Origin: an archaeon
Lineage (GTDB): Archaea > Nanobdellota > Nanobdellia > Pacearchaeales > GW2011-AR1
Reading direction: 5' to 3'
Assembly: GCA_025453475.1 (NCBI GenBank)
Contig: JALOQH010000001.1
Location: 1-35,409 of the forward strand
DNA length: 35,409 bases
The first letter of the stretch is position 1. Each line of letters begins with the position of its first letter. The notes beneath the pieces were generated by a model, which ran no database searches, had not been told where the DNA came from, and saw nothing but the letters and a program-made list of their open reading frames with translations. The position numbers were made by a program, and so were the translations under genes. Shown here piece after piece: positions 1 through 7,950 of the stretch.

Positions 1-35
1 CTGAGGAGAACTTTTTCTATTTCAATCCTGCGCAT
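1..35 (-). CDS. rpl5: ribosomal protein uL5 (L5), N-terminal fragment running off the window edge
   Basis: ATG at 35..33 lies 11 nt downstream of the eS4 stop and translates MRRIEIEKVLL, which is uL5-like. uL5 follows eS4 in archaeal spc operons. Only 11 codons are visible. Confidence 0.5.
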   Translation of the reverse strand, partial: MRRIEIEKVLL

Positions 36-46
36 TGGATTCTCGC

Positions 47-673
47 TCATCCTGCAATTACCTCGCTGCCAGGGATAGTGACTGCTGTCTCTTTTTCTTT
101 CAGTTTTATTTTAACCAATTTATCATTGACAGACTCTATCTTGCCCTCGTTGCCTGCATATTTCCCGGAGATGATGAAGCCATCCTTTCCCTTCTCCAGG
201 GCAATGTGCCTCTTTATTTTTCCGGAAAAATCAAGGAAAACCGAGTCTCCGATTGCTATTTTTTCTTTTGTAAGGACATTGGAACCGTCATGAAGATTCA
301 ATTGGACTGTATTTTTGGGGAGAGTTTTCCTGCCGACTACCTTGCATAATCTTACGTCATTATCTTTTGTCTCCTCAAAAGAGAATTTTTTAGTTGGAAG
401 AAGAATAAGTTTGTATGTCTTGTCTGCTTCGAGAAGATTAAACAATTTTATGCTCTCGTGATAGTCTTTGACAACACGGCCATTTACCTTTAGCATCTTA
501 TCGTTTATCATTTTCTTTACTTCGTGGGCATTTCTTGCGAGATGGAGTATGTCACGAACTGCGATTAGAACAGGAACTGCGCTTGAGAGACTGTCTGAAG
601 CTCTTGCTAGGTATTTTGTTCCTTTTCTTGGTATCGGAAATGCTGTGAGTGATTCCTGTCTTGTCTGATGCAT
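47..673 (-). CDS. rps4e: ribosomal protein eS4 (S4e)
   Basis: The 208-aa ORF has an eS4-type N-terminus (PIPRKGTKYL), an S4-like RNA-binding segment and a KOW-like C-terminal part. It sits between uL24 and uL5. Its start abuts the uL24 stop with no spacer. Confidence 0.95.
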   Translation of the reverse strand: MHQTRQESLTAFPIPRKGTKYLARASDSLSSAVPVLIAVRDILHLARNAHEVKKMINDKMLKVNGRVVKDYHESIKLFNLLEADKTYKLILLPTKKFSFEETKDNDVRLCKVVGRKTLPKNTVQLNLHDGSNVLTKEKIAIGDSVFLDFSGKIKRHIALEKGKDGFIISGKYAGNEGKIESVNDKLVKIKLKEKETAVTIPGSEVIAG

Positions 674-1090
674 TTATTTTTTCTCCTTGGTTTTTTCTGC
701 AGGCTGGGCGGCTTTGCGATTAAGTGCATTGACGCGCTCCTTGTCATCGAGATTTAAAATCTGAATCTGCAACGCCGACGGGTGGAAGAAGACATTTACT
801 TTTGAACCGTCTTTCTTTGTTCGTTGAATGCTTTCCAAGACGACGCGGGTGTTTTTCAAATCTACAGAACTGATTTTGGCTTTCGTTTTTCTAAACGAGC
901 CGCGCATAACAAGCACCTCATCCCCTTTCCTGAGGGGAAGACTTCTCTTGCCATACTTTTCTCTCAGGGATTTTGACAAATTAGCGCTTAAAAATCTATG
1001 CTTTGTGTGCAACGGAGCATTTGCCAGATATTTATGCTGTTTTCTCGGCTGTTTGCTGGATATCCATTGGGTTGAAAATTCCTGTTTCAT
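674..1090 (-). CDS. rpl24: ribosomal protein uL24 (L24)
   Basis: KOW motif LRKGDEVLVMRGSFRKTKAKISSVD. Operon position is uL14-uL24-eS4. GGAGGT lies about 12 nt upstream of the ATG. Confidence 0.95.
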   Translation of the reverse strand: MKQEFSTQWISSKQPRKQHKYLANAPLHTKHRFLSANLSKSLREKYGKRSLPLRKGDEVLVMRGSFRKTKAKISSVDLKNTRVVLESIQRTKKDGSKVNVFFHPSALQIQILNLDDKERVNALNRKAAQPAEKTKEKK

Positions 1091-1141
1091 GATAAAGACA
1101 ACCTCCAGTTTTCTTTATGAATCTTTCCTGTGAATGCCATA

Positions 1142-1543
1142 TTATAAAACAAATTGCGCTATCTTTGCGACTTGCCCCCATCTTTCCTGAACTTCACGAG
1201 CAACAGGGCCTTTTACCTGGGTGCCCTTTGGATTTCCCTTGTCATCTTTTAACAAAGCAACTGCATTGTCTTCAAAGCATACTCTCTCGCCTGTAAGCCT
1301 TCTGTATGGCTTCTTCTGCCTTATTACCACTGCATCAAACACCTGCCCTTTCATATCTGGTTTTCCTGCGCGAACAGAAACCTTTACCCAGTCACCGACT
1401 TTTGCAGGCTGCTGCCTTCCCTTGGTTGTTTTTCCATGAACAACGCCTGTGATTCGGACAATTCTTGCTCCGCTGTTATCTGCTGCAAGAACCTTGCTTC
1501 CAATGTTAAGCCCTCGTGTTACGACTGCGGTTAGTGCTTTCAT
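1142..1543 (-). CDS. rpl14: ribosomal protein uL14 (L14)
   Basis: Hallmark uL14 sequence (GSKVLAADNSGAR...VVIRQKKPYRR). GGAGGG lies 5 nt upstream. The start overlaps the upstream micro-ORF stop as ATGA (1540..1543). Confidence 0.97.
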   Translation of the reverse strand: MKALTAVVTRGLNIGSKVLAADNSGARIVRITGVVHGKTTKGRQQPAKVGDWVKVSVRAGKPDMKGQVFDAVVIRQKKPYRRLTGERVCFEDNAVALLKDDKGNPKGTQVKGPVAREVQERWGQVAKIAQFVL

Positions 1544-1743
1544 TTTTGCCCTCCGTAATTTTGAGCAACTTTAACTGAAGGTTTGCTATCTGAACTTGAA
1601 CTGTAATGCTTGTAGATTGCAATTCCTGCTGCAATTGCGCCTGTTAACAATAATGCGCTTCCGGCTATTGCCCATGGCGCGATTCTCACAAATCCATCTG
1701 CCCGATCCATACTCTCATCTACAACGGCATTTTCCAATTTCAT
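1540..1743 (-). CDS. 67-aa single-pass membrane micro-protein of unknown function embedded in the ribosomal-protein operon
   Basis: The ORF exactly fills the uS17-uL14 gap and has an ATGA overlap at both ends (1740..1743 with the uS17 stop, 1540..1543 with the uL14 start). It has one clear TM helix (FVRIAPWAIAGSALLLTGAIAAGIAIY) and a Ser-rich tail. The longer 89-aa version (start 1809) would overlap uS17 by 70 nt. Confidence 0.6.
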   Translation of the reverse strand: MKLENAVVDESMDRADGFVRIAPWAIAGSALLLTGAIAAGIAIYKHYSSSSDSKPSVKVAQNYGGQK

Positions 1744-2066
1744 TTCTTCTTCTCCCTGGAAACTTTTCCAATTACTATAAAGTGGATTATCTTGCTGAGA
1801 GGGCGGCACTCCCTTATCTGAATATAATCTCCGATATTTATCTCGTTGGCCATTGAGTCTGGAAGTCGCGCGTGCAACCTTGTTTTTTTCTTGCAGAATC
1901 TTTCATATTTCTGAATAAATACTGTGCGCTCGAATTCGATTACAACTCTCTTTGGGAATTTCTTTGTTACAAACCCCTCAAATGTTCTTCCCCTCGCAGC
2001 CAGATTTAGAGCTCGTGCTGGGGCTGTTTTTGCTTCTTGCTTTTCTGTTTTCTGTTTCTTTGCCAT
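1740..2066 (-). CDS. rps17: ribosomal protein uS17 (S17)
   Basis: OB-fold uS17 signature (RGRTFEGFVTKK...VVIEFER...RLHARLPD...GDYIQIRECRPLSK). The operon position is as expected. Confidence 0.95.
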   Translation of the reverse strand: MAKKQKTEKQEAKTAPARALNLAARGRTFEGFVTKKFPKRVVIEFERTVFIQKYERFCKKKTRLHARLPDSMANEINIGDYIQIRECRPLSKIIHFIVIGKVSREKKK

Positions 2067-2084
2067 TTTGCTTTTCCTTTGTGA

Positions 2085-2390
2085 TTAGTCGCTTATTGAC
2101 TCTTCGGGGAAACCAAGCTTCACGAGGATTGGCTTGACCTGCTTCTTGTGGTTGCCCTGAAGCTCGATGATGCCGTCCTTGACGGTTCCACCGCAGGCAA
2201 GCACTTCCTTGAGGTGCTTTGCTGTTCCTTTGATGTCAAAGTTCTTGTCGAACCCTGCCACCAACGTGGTTAGTTTCCCGTATCGTCTAGCAACCGTTGT
2301 CACGGTTATCTTTTGCTCGGTTTTCGCGATTTCCTCGAAAACCGAAGCTTCGTTCGGCAAGCCGAATGATGATACGTCTTCTATCTTCAT
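2085..2390 (-). CDS. sui1: translation initiation factor aIF1 / SUI1
   Basis: The 101-aa ORF has the SUI1 pattern (KLTTLVAGFD...LKEVLACGGTVKDGIIELQGNHK). It lies between uL29 and uS17, as in many archaea. Confidence 0.93.
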   Translation of the reverse strand: MKIEDVSSFGLPNEASVFEEIAKTEQKITVTTVARRYGKLTTLVAGFDKNFDIKGTAKHLKEVLACGGTVKDGIIELQGNHKKQVKPILVKLGFPEESISD

Positions 2391-2392
2391 AT

Positions 2393-2593
2393 TTACTTGT
2401 TCTTCAGCTCCTCCTTAGCGGATTTGCTGACTGTTATAAGGCGAGCTAGTGTCCTTTTAATCTCTTTGGTTTTAGCTGTTGCCTTGTTTGCGGTAACGCC
2501 TGCGCGCACAAGCTGCATTCTTAATTCTGCGATTTTGCCGTCAATGTCCTTGCTGTTCATTTTCTTAATATCCTTGATTTTTAAGATTGCCAT
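2393..2593 (-). CDS. rpl29: ribosomal protein uL29 (L29)
   Basis: 66-aa helical-hairpin protein (IAELRMQLVRAGV...KEIKRTLARLITV) immediately after uS3, with a 1-nt overlap at 2593. Confidence 0.9.
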   Translation of the reverse strand: MAILKIKDIKKMNSKDIDGKIAELRMQLVRAGVTANKATAKTKEIKRTLARLITVSKSAKEELKNK

Positions 2594-3309
2594 TATTCCT
2601 TAGCCTCCTTTGCTTTCCTTTTTGAAACTTTTTTCTTCGGCTTTCTCTCTTCTGCCTTTTTTTCTGCTTCTTTCTCTATCTCTGCCAGGTCTGCCAGAAT
2701 AATCTGCTTCTTCATTTCCTCAGTTACATGTATCCTGTCATGAATCGGCGCATCTGGAGGCAGTATGCTTACTTTTATTCCGATAACTCCTGGAAGGGTT
2801 ATTGCCTGGGACATTGCCCTGTTTACCACCTTGGAAGGATCGCCGGTCTTGTTGAGATATCCCTGCGAGAATCTCCAGGACTTTGCTCTTTCAGAAGGAA
2901 GTTTTCCTGAGAGAACAAGCTCTGTTCCTCTTGCGCCTGCACCCATTATCTGCTTAATCATCTTGTATGCAATAATCTTGAATTTTAATGAACCCTGGCG
3001 CTCCAAAAGCAGTGCAATTTCATCTGCGACAAGCTGTGCATCAAGATACGGACTTGTTATTTCTTTTATCTCGATATGAGGATTATCCAGCTTGAATCTC
3101 TTTTTCAAGACGCGGGTAAGCTCGTCAATCTTCTCGCCTTTCTTTCCGATTACTATTCCCGGGCGGTTTGTAGCGATGATTATTTTCTCTCCAACAGGAG
3201 TGTATTCAATAAACACATCAGAGATTCTTCCTTTTCCAAGAGCATTTTTGATGTATTCCCTGACACCAAGCTCTTCTTTCTTAAAGTTTACAAATTTTTT
3301 CTCTTCCAT
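2593..3309 (-). CDS. rps3: ribosomal protein uS3 (S3) with Lys/Glu-rich C-terminal extension
   Basis: KH domain (GIVIGKKGEKIDELTRVLKKRF) and the uS3 C-terminal domain (ARGTELVLSGKLPSERAKSWRF). The tail is EKEAEKKAEERKPKKKVSKRKAKEAKE. Confidence 0.97.
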   Translation of the reverse strand: MEEKKFVNFKKEELGVREYIKNALGKGRISDVFIEYTPVGEKIIIATNRPGIVIGKKGEKIDELTRVLKKRFKLDNPHIEIKEITSPYLDAQLVADEIALLLERQGSLKFKIIAYKMIKQIMGAGARGTELVLSGKLPSERAKSWRFSQGYLNKTGDPSKVVNRAMSQAITLPGVIGIKVSILPPDAPIHDRIHVTEEMKKQIILADLAEIEKEAEKKAEERKPKKKVSKRKAKEAKE

Positions 3310-3310
3310 G

Positions 3311-3817
3311 TTACTTCTTTGCCTCCGTTGGCTTTAGTTCGTTTGCTTTTATGATTATATTTGCCCTCTTGAACCTTCCGCCTCCGCGCTTTGAAGGAAG
3401 CGAAGCAAAGCTTGATGATGCGTGGCTTATTCTCGTGTTGTCCAGGTCCATGCCGTTTGCGATGGCATTGCCTTTCAATCCCTTAAGAATGTTTACTATC
3501 GCTTTTGAAGCATTCTGGGGATATCTCCCAGCCATTATGCCTGGCTGTGAACGGTGAGGGTATTCTCCAGTCATTGGAACAGCTCTCCGGTATTTCAGGA
3601 CATCCTGCAAATCATTAATTGCCGTGTCTATGGTCTTGCCTTTTATGAATTTTGAGATATATTTGCCCTGCTTCATCGAGATGTGGAGATTGTTTCCAAG
3701 AGCTATTGCTTCTTCTTTCTTCACCTTTGCAGGCTTCTCTGCCTTTTTATCTCCTGCCTTCTCAGTTTTTACTTCGTCCACTTTCTTATCTTCTGATTTT
3801 ATTTTTTGTTCTTCCAT
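3311..3817 (-). CDS. rpl22: ribosomal protein uL22 (L22) with about 40-aa Lys/Glu-rich N-terminal extension
   Basis: The uL22 core (KGKTIDTAINDLQDV...AVPM...GRYPQNASKAIVNILKG) is preceded by MEEQKIKSEDKKVDEVKTEKAGDKKAEKPAKVKKEE. Confidence 0.93.
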   Translation of the reverse strand: MEEQKIKSEDKKVDEVKTEKAGDKKAEKPAKVKKEEAIALGNNLHISMKQGKYISKFIKGKTIDTAINDLQDVLKYRRAVPMTGEYPHRSQPGIMAGRYPQNASKAIVNILKGLKGNAIANGMDLDNTRISHASSSFASLPSKRGGGRFKRANIIIKANELKPTEAKK

Positions 3818-3818
3818 T

Positions 3819-4226
3819 TTACTTCTTCTGCACTCCTGATGAACTCTTGGTTGAGCCTATTCCCGGCTCTCCGTGAGAGACTTTCTTTCTTGTGAGAGCG
3901 AATTCACCGAGGCGATGCCCAATCATCTTGTGATTTACGTGAACATCCTCAAAATCCTTGCCATTATGCACTCCGATGACCATGCCTACCAGCCTTGGAA
4001 CAATTACAATATCTCTAAGGTGCGTTCTTATTTTCTTTCTTTCTGAAAGAGCGCGCTCGCATCTCTTTACAAACTTTTCAATAACCTGGAAGTTTCTTAG
4101 AACCGAACGCCTGCTTCTTGAAGGAAGATATTTGGCACATTCTCTGACATCAAGGTTCTTCAGCTCTTCAACATTCTTTCCCCGATAGAAAAGCTCCTTT
4201 GACCTTACGATTATGTCTTCAGCCAT
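3819..4226 (-). CDS. rps19: ribosomal protein uS19 (S19)
   Basis: Signature GVHNGKDFEDVHVNHKMIGHRLGEFALTRK. There is a 1-nt TAATG overlap with uL2 at 4226. Confidence 0.96.
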   Translation of the reverse strand: MAEDIIVRSKELFYRGKNVEELKNLDVRECAKYLPSRSRRSVLRNFQVIEKFVKRCERALSERKKIRTHLRDIVIVPRLVGMVIGVHNGKDFEDVHVNHKMIGHRLGEFALTRKKVSHGEPGIGSTKSSSGVQKK

Positions 4227-4924
4227 TACTTAGCCCTCCCTGTTCTTCTCGGCCTTATGTGGCCTACTCTCGCCCCTGGAGGAGCGTTCCTCTTGGCGAT
4301 CTTGGATTTGATTCTCTTGCCTCTGCCTGAACCAAATGGATGGTCAATGGCGTTCATCTTGACTGCTGATGTTCTAGGCCAGAGCTTGTTTCTGGTCTTC
4401 ATCTTGTAGAACTTCGCACCTGCTTTAAGGAATGGTTTCAAAACACGCCCTGCACCTGCAACAACGCCGATTGTTGCCCTGCAATATCCTGGAAGAACAA
4501 TCTCTTTCTTGTTCGGCATTAGAACCGAAACCTTATCATTATCGAGCTTCTTGTAGACAATTGCGCTTGTTCCGCTCGAGCGCATCATCTTGCCGCCGTC
4601 GCCTGGATGCGCCTCTATGTTGAATATTGATGTGCCGATTGGGATGTTGCGAATCTCCAGGATGTTCCCATCCTTGACAGTGCTTCCGCCTATGGCTATT
4701 TTTTCTCCGACAACTGCGCCGTTGAATGCTGGATTGTAGAATACTTCTTTTCCGGATTTTATCTTCAAAAGAGGGGCTGAATGCGCCGCAGAGTGTATTA
4801 AATCAAGCAGGACTGCCTCTCCCTCTGCTCGGGGATAGCCGATTCTGTAGATAAAGGCTTTCTTTCTAACCTGATAACTTAGGCTTCCGTGCCCTCTTGC
4901 CTGTGAGATTATTGATTTGCCCAT
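4226..4924 (-). CDS. rpl2: ribosomal protein uL2 (L2)
   Basis: 232-aa ORF with conserved uL2 blocks (IHSAAHSAPLLKI, GNILEIRNIPIGT, MNAIDHPFGSGRGK). Confidence 0.97.
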   Translation of the reverse strand: MGKSIISQARGHGSLSYQVRKKAFIYRIGYPRAEGEAVLLDLIHSAAHSAPLLKIKSGKEVFYNPAFNGAVVGEKIAIGGSTVKDGNILEIRNIPIGTSIFNIEAHPGDGGKMMRSSGTSAIVYKKLDNDKVSVLMPNKKEIVLPGYCRATIGVVAGAGRVLKPFLKAGAKFYKMKTRNKLWPRTSAVKMNAIDHPFGSGRGKRIKSKIAKRNAPPGARVGHIRPRRTGRAK

Positions 4925-4925
4925 T

Positions 4926-5168
4926 TTATATCATTCCCAGCTTTGTAGCAACGTCTATTGCCGGATTGGATTTAATTAACTTTACAAATGCGAATTTCTT
5001 GTTCGATTTTATTGAAGTTCTGACTTTTTCAACTTTTACCGAGAATACTTTTTCAATTTCCTTCTTCACATCTGTTTTTGTGGCGCGCCTTTCAACTTCA
5101 AATATCAGAGTGTTCTCCAAATCAATCAGCTTGACTGCTTTTTCAGAGGTTATTGGACGCAGGTTCAT
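4926..5168 (-). CDS. rpl23: ribosomal protein uL23 (L23)
   Basis: The protein starts MNLRPITSEKAVKLIDLENTLIFEV. GGAGGT at 5176..5181 lies 7 nt upstream of the ATG at 5168. The ORF track's longer start at 5210 adds 14 residues that are not uL23-like. Confidence 0.9.
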   Translation of the reverse strand: MNLRPITSEKAVKLIDLENTLIFEVERRATKTDVKKEIEKVFSVKVEKVRTSIKSNKKFAFVKLIKSNPAIDVATKLGMI

Positions 5169-5211
5169 TCTACAAACCTCCAGCGGGTTCCTAGGAGCTC
5201 CAGCAACCACG

Positions 5212-5985
5212 TCATTGTTTCTTCTCCTCCGAAGTTAATTCATCCAGGGCTTTCTTTGTATAGAGGGTTAATCTTCCCAAAGGATACAAATCAGAAATCA
5301 TTACCTCGCCAACTTTTCTGACTTCGATTCCCGGGAATTTGGCATTCTCGTCTTTCCCAATTACCACAAGAAGCCCTGCATTGGACTTGTATTTTCTTCC
5401 CCTTATCTTTCCCTTGCCGGCCCGGACATTCTTGTCCTTTAGAACAAGAGAGATTGTTTCTCCAAATATCTTTTTCAATGAGGCGAGAATTTCCCCTGCT
5501 TTTGAAGGAAGCGATTCTATCACAAAAGGAGCGGAGATTTCCTTCATCGATGAATATCTTCCGAGAACAAAATTCTTATTCGCGGTTGCCGCGAATGCAG
5601 AATTCATGGCAAGAGTTATCTCTTTCTTGTTTAGTTTCTTCGGAGTTTTAACGCCTTTTGGAGGGTGAGCGCGCCTGCCGCCTCTTGCTGCTGAGACCTC
5701 TGCGCCTATCCAATAGAATTGTGTTCCGCGTCGCCACATTATCTTTCTGGGCATTCTTGAGATACCTTTTCCGTACTGCGCTTTCCATTTATGTCTTCTG
5801 TGGCTGATTATTCCTGATGCAACATGCCTCTTTCCCGCTTCAACATATGAAGCATAGGGTTGGGTTTCTTTCTCTACTTCAAAGAATTTGGCTGCAATAT
5901 CCTCCCTGATTTCTGAATTGAACAACTGGGGCAATTCTATGTCTGACTTCTTGTTTCCTTTTAGGTCATATAATGCTGCTTTCAT
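5212..5985 (-). CDS. rpl4: ribosomal protein uL4 (L4)
   Basis: 257-aa ORF with archaeal uL4 blocks (GKRHVASGIISHRRHKWK, GRRAHPPK). ATGA overlap with uL3 at 5982..5985. Confidence 0.95.
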   Translation of the reverse strand: MKAALYDLKGNKKSDIELPQLFNSEIREDIAAKFFEVEKETQPYASYVEAGKRHVASGIISHRRHKWKAQYGKGISRMPRKIMWRRGTQFYWIGAEVSAARGGRRAHPPKGVKTPKKLNKKEITLAMNSAFAATANKNFVLGRYSSMKEISAPFVIESLPSKAGEILASLKKIFGETISLVLKDKNVRAGKGKIRGRKYKSNAGLLVVIGKDENAKFPGIEVRKVGEVMISDLYPLGRLTLYTKKALDELTSEEKKQ

Positions 5986-6932
5986 GCTGATAACTCCAGG
6001 AACTCATATTTCCTTTTTGCGAGCGATTTTGTCGGGCGGAAAGACGGCGTTAGCAAAACAGCCCTTTTCTGCGGACCCTGAACACTGCCTACAAGAATAA
6101 GATAGTTGGACTTTATGACGCCGTAGTGCTTGAATCCGCCTTTTTTGTTGATGTCTTTCTCAGCGATTGAACCAGAAGCGATAAGCTTGGAGTTATATTG
6201 GACTCTTGTGAACATGCCCAGCTGTCCTGCCTGCGCGACACGGAATGATGTGTGGGCAGGATGCCATGGTCCAAGTGTTCCAGGTCTGCGGACACCCTTC
6301 TCTGCCTTGTGAGACCTCTTGGAAATCCCCATTCTTTTCATTGGACCAACAAGCCCCTTGCCTTTTGTTAATCCGCGAACATCGAGGAGTGTGAATTTTA
6401 CAAAATCCTTCATTGAAATTTCTTTTCCTAGAAGAGATTTTATGAATGCGAGCTTGTCCTTTGCGTCTATTCCCATTTCGATCATGTCCGGAGTTTTCTT
6501 GATGTTTGTCTGGGAAGGCATTGAATAAACTATTACCCTGATGTCGTCAAAATCTTTTGGAGCTTCTGCATCGAAATTCTTTGCAGTTTTTGGAATCCCG
6601 ACAATCCTCTTAAGTTCCTTGTCAGCTGAGACAATAACATCTTTTCTGACAATTCCGTTTTTGTAGAATCTTACAGAATATATTTTCATATTCGGCGCTT
6701 CAAGAATTGTTACCGGAATGTAAACTTTCTTGCCCAGAACCATTGATTTATCTGTTGAATCTTTAATAAGGGCTGTTCCCATGCCCACCTTATAAGCCAA
6801 AAAACCGAGAATAGAATCGCTCTTGCCGTCGCCTTTGACAACCTTCCAGTTTACACTAGGAACTAGCTTCTCTGCCCTCTTTCGAGGCCAGAATTGAAGG
6901 CTTCCGAATCTTGGTCTTGTACCGCCTGCCAT
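5982..6932 (-). CDS. rpl3: ribosomal protein uL3 (L3), first gene of the operon
   Basis: It has the archaeal uL3 N-terminus (PRFGSLQFWPRKRA) and conserved blocks (KGKGLVGPMKR, GQLGMFTRVQYN). An AT-rich promoter-like spacer lies upstream. Confidence 0.97.
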   Translation of the reverse strand: MAGGTRPRFGSLQFWPRKRAEKLVPSVNWKVVKGDGKSDSILGFLAYKVGMGTALIKDSTDKSMVLGKKVYIPVTILEAPNMKIYSVRFYKNGIVRKDVIVSADKELKRIVGIPKTAKNFDAEAPKDFDDIRVIVYSMPSQTNIKKTPDMIEMGIDAKDKLAFIKSLLGKEISMKDFVKFTLLDVRGLTKGKGLVGPMKRMGISKRSHKAEKGVRRPGTLGPWHPAHTSFRVAQAGQLGMFTRVQYNSKLIASGSIAEKDINKKGGFKHYGVIKSNYLILVGSVQGPQKRAVLLTPSFRPTKSLAKRKYEFLELSA

Positions 6933-6953
6933 TTTGTGTTTGTGTTATTTAAG

Positions 6954-6969
6954 TTACAATTTTACAATT
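6954..6969. repeat. tandem direct 8-mer TTACAATT x2 in the uL3 operon upstream region
   Basis: Read directly: gTTACAATTTTACAATTg, 22-39 nt upstream of the uL3 ATG (minus strand). It overlaps the expected TATA position. Confidence 0.5.
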
Positions 6970-7025
6970 GTTAGTTTAAATGTAAAAATAGGCTCAACTC
7001 AACCCATGTGACCTCAACTAGTAGT

Positions 7026-7056
7026 GCGTTTTTTCCCGTTATCAGCGGTAAAACGC
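7026..7056 (-). other. imperfect hairpin (GCGTTTT...AAAACGC with inner CCG/CGG) downstream of PCNA; possible terminator or small-RNA element
   Basis: The outer 7-bp stem (7026..7032 with 7050..7056) and an inner 3-bp stem were read from the sequence. A second inverted repeat, TAGTAATC/GATTACTA, lies at 7079..7086 and 7109..7116. Confidence 0.3.
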
Positions 7057-7132
7057 TCTCGTGCATTCAATTAGATTCTAGTAATCCATCAAAATGGGGC
7101 TATATAAAGATTACTACGGAGAACTGGGGGGT

Positions 7133-7867
7133 TTATTCCTGGTCGACTCTTTGCCTTGGGGCAAGAATAAAGCTTAGAATGACATTTCCTGTCGGGAAAT
7201 TAATCCTCATTGGATGGTCGTCGGAGAAATTGATTACTGTTTGGGATGAGATTTTGGCGCCTTTCACAAACTTCTGCAAGTACTCGAGGGAGAATCTTGC
7301 TGTGCTGTTGCCTGAATGGATTTCAATTTCTTCTGAGGAGAATTCGGCGCGGGCAGAGTTTAATGGGCCTGCTGCTTCAATCACGAATTTTGAGGGCTCT
7401 GCAACAAAGGTGCAGGCATCTGAGACAATCGAGCAGTCTTCAATAACTTCTGTAAATGCCTCTGAATCGATTTTGATGACAGAATTAAACTCCCATGTCG
7501 GCATTTCCTTCTCTTCGGCATCTATGTCAATCAGAGCGAGCGTGAAATCCCTCTTAACGCGGTCGTGAATGCTGAGTTTTATAGTATTGTCTGCCTTGGA
7601 AAGCAGAAGAGCGCTTCCTGGCTGGCATCTTCTGAGAACAGCCTTGAGATTCTCAAGATTCAATCCGAGAACCTCCTCAGTTTCCAGCTCATATTGCGAG
7701 AATAAATCCGCAGGTATCTTGAAGTAGACCATTGCGACATTAGCGGGGTCTATGGCTGTAAGAGATATGCCCTCTTTTGTTATTTTTAATTTAACCTCCG
7801 TAACGAGCTCTGAGATAATTGATATGATATCTGAGAGCAGTTTCGGATTATCCAACTTTAACTGCAT
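7133..7867 (-). CDS. pcn: DNA polymerase sliding clamp PCNA
   Basis: 244-aa ORF with the two-domain PCNA pattern (LTAIDPANVAMVYFKIP..., FSLEYLQKFVKGAK). Its length and acidic C-terminus are typical. Confidence 0.95.
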   Translation of the reverse strand: MQLKLDNPKLLSDIISIISELVTEVKLKITKEGISLTAIDPANVAMVYFKIPADLFSQYELETEEVLGLNLENLKAVLRRCQPGSALLLSKADNTIKLSIHDRVKRDFTLALIDIDAEEKEMPTWEFNSVIKIDSEAFTEVIEDCSIVSDACTFVAEPSKFVIEAAGPLNSARAEFSSEEIEIHSGNSTARFSLEYLQKFVKGAKISSQTVINFSDDHPMRINFPTGNVILSFILAPRQRVDQE

Positions 7868-7888
7868 GGATTAATTGGCAGATTTAAG

Positions 7889-7896
7889 CTTTTAAG
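7889..7896 (-). promoter_or_regulatory. putative TATA element of the PCNA promoter (leaderless)
   Basis: The minus-strand sequence CTTAAAAG is centred about 25 nt upstream of the ATG at 7867. No SD is present. Confidence 0.4.
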
Positions 7897-7916
7897 TATT
7901 GTTGTATTCAAAACAA

Positions 7917-7928
7917 TAATAATTATAA
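7917..7928 (+). promoter_or_regulatory. putative TATA element of the primase promoter
   Basis: TAATAATTATAA is centred about 28 nt upstream of the ATG at 7951, in the divergent spacer shared with PCNA. Confidence 0.45.
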
Positions 7929-7950
7929 TGCGCACTTGTTTGAGAGATGC

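Noticed and set aside
1540-1809. 89-aa version of the micro-ORF starting at 1809
   Set aside because: It would overlap uS17 by 70 nt. The internal ATG at 1743 gives a clean ATGA junction with the uS17 stop.
6933-7132. Possible tRNA or C/D-box sRNA in the long spacer
   Set aside because: There is no GTTCRAATC-type T-arm, no acceptor-stem complementarity and no RUGAUGA/CUGA box pair on either strand. I kept only the hairpins as low-confidence structural features.
7008-7568. 186-aa + strand ORF
   Set aside because: It lies entirely antisense to the well-supported PCNA gene. It has a GTG start, a Ser-rich low-complexity translation and no promoter or SD. It is the typical shadow ORF of a real gene.
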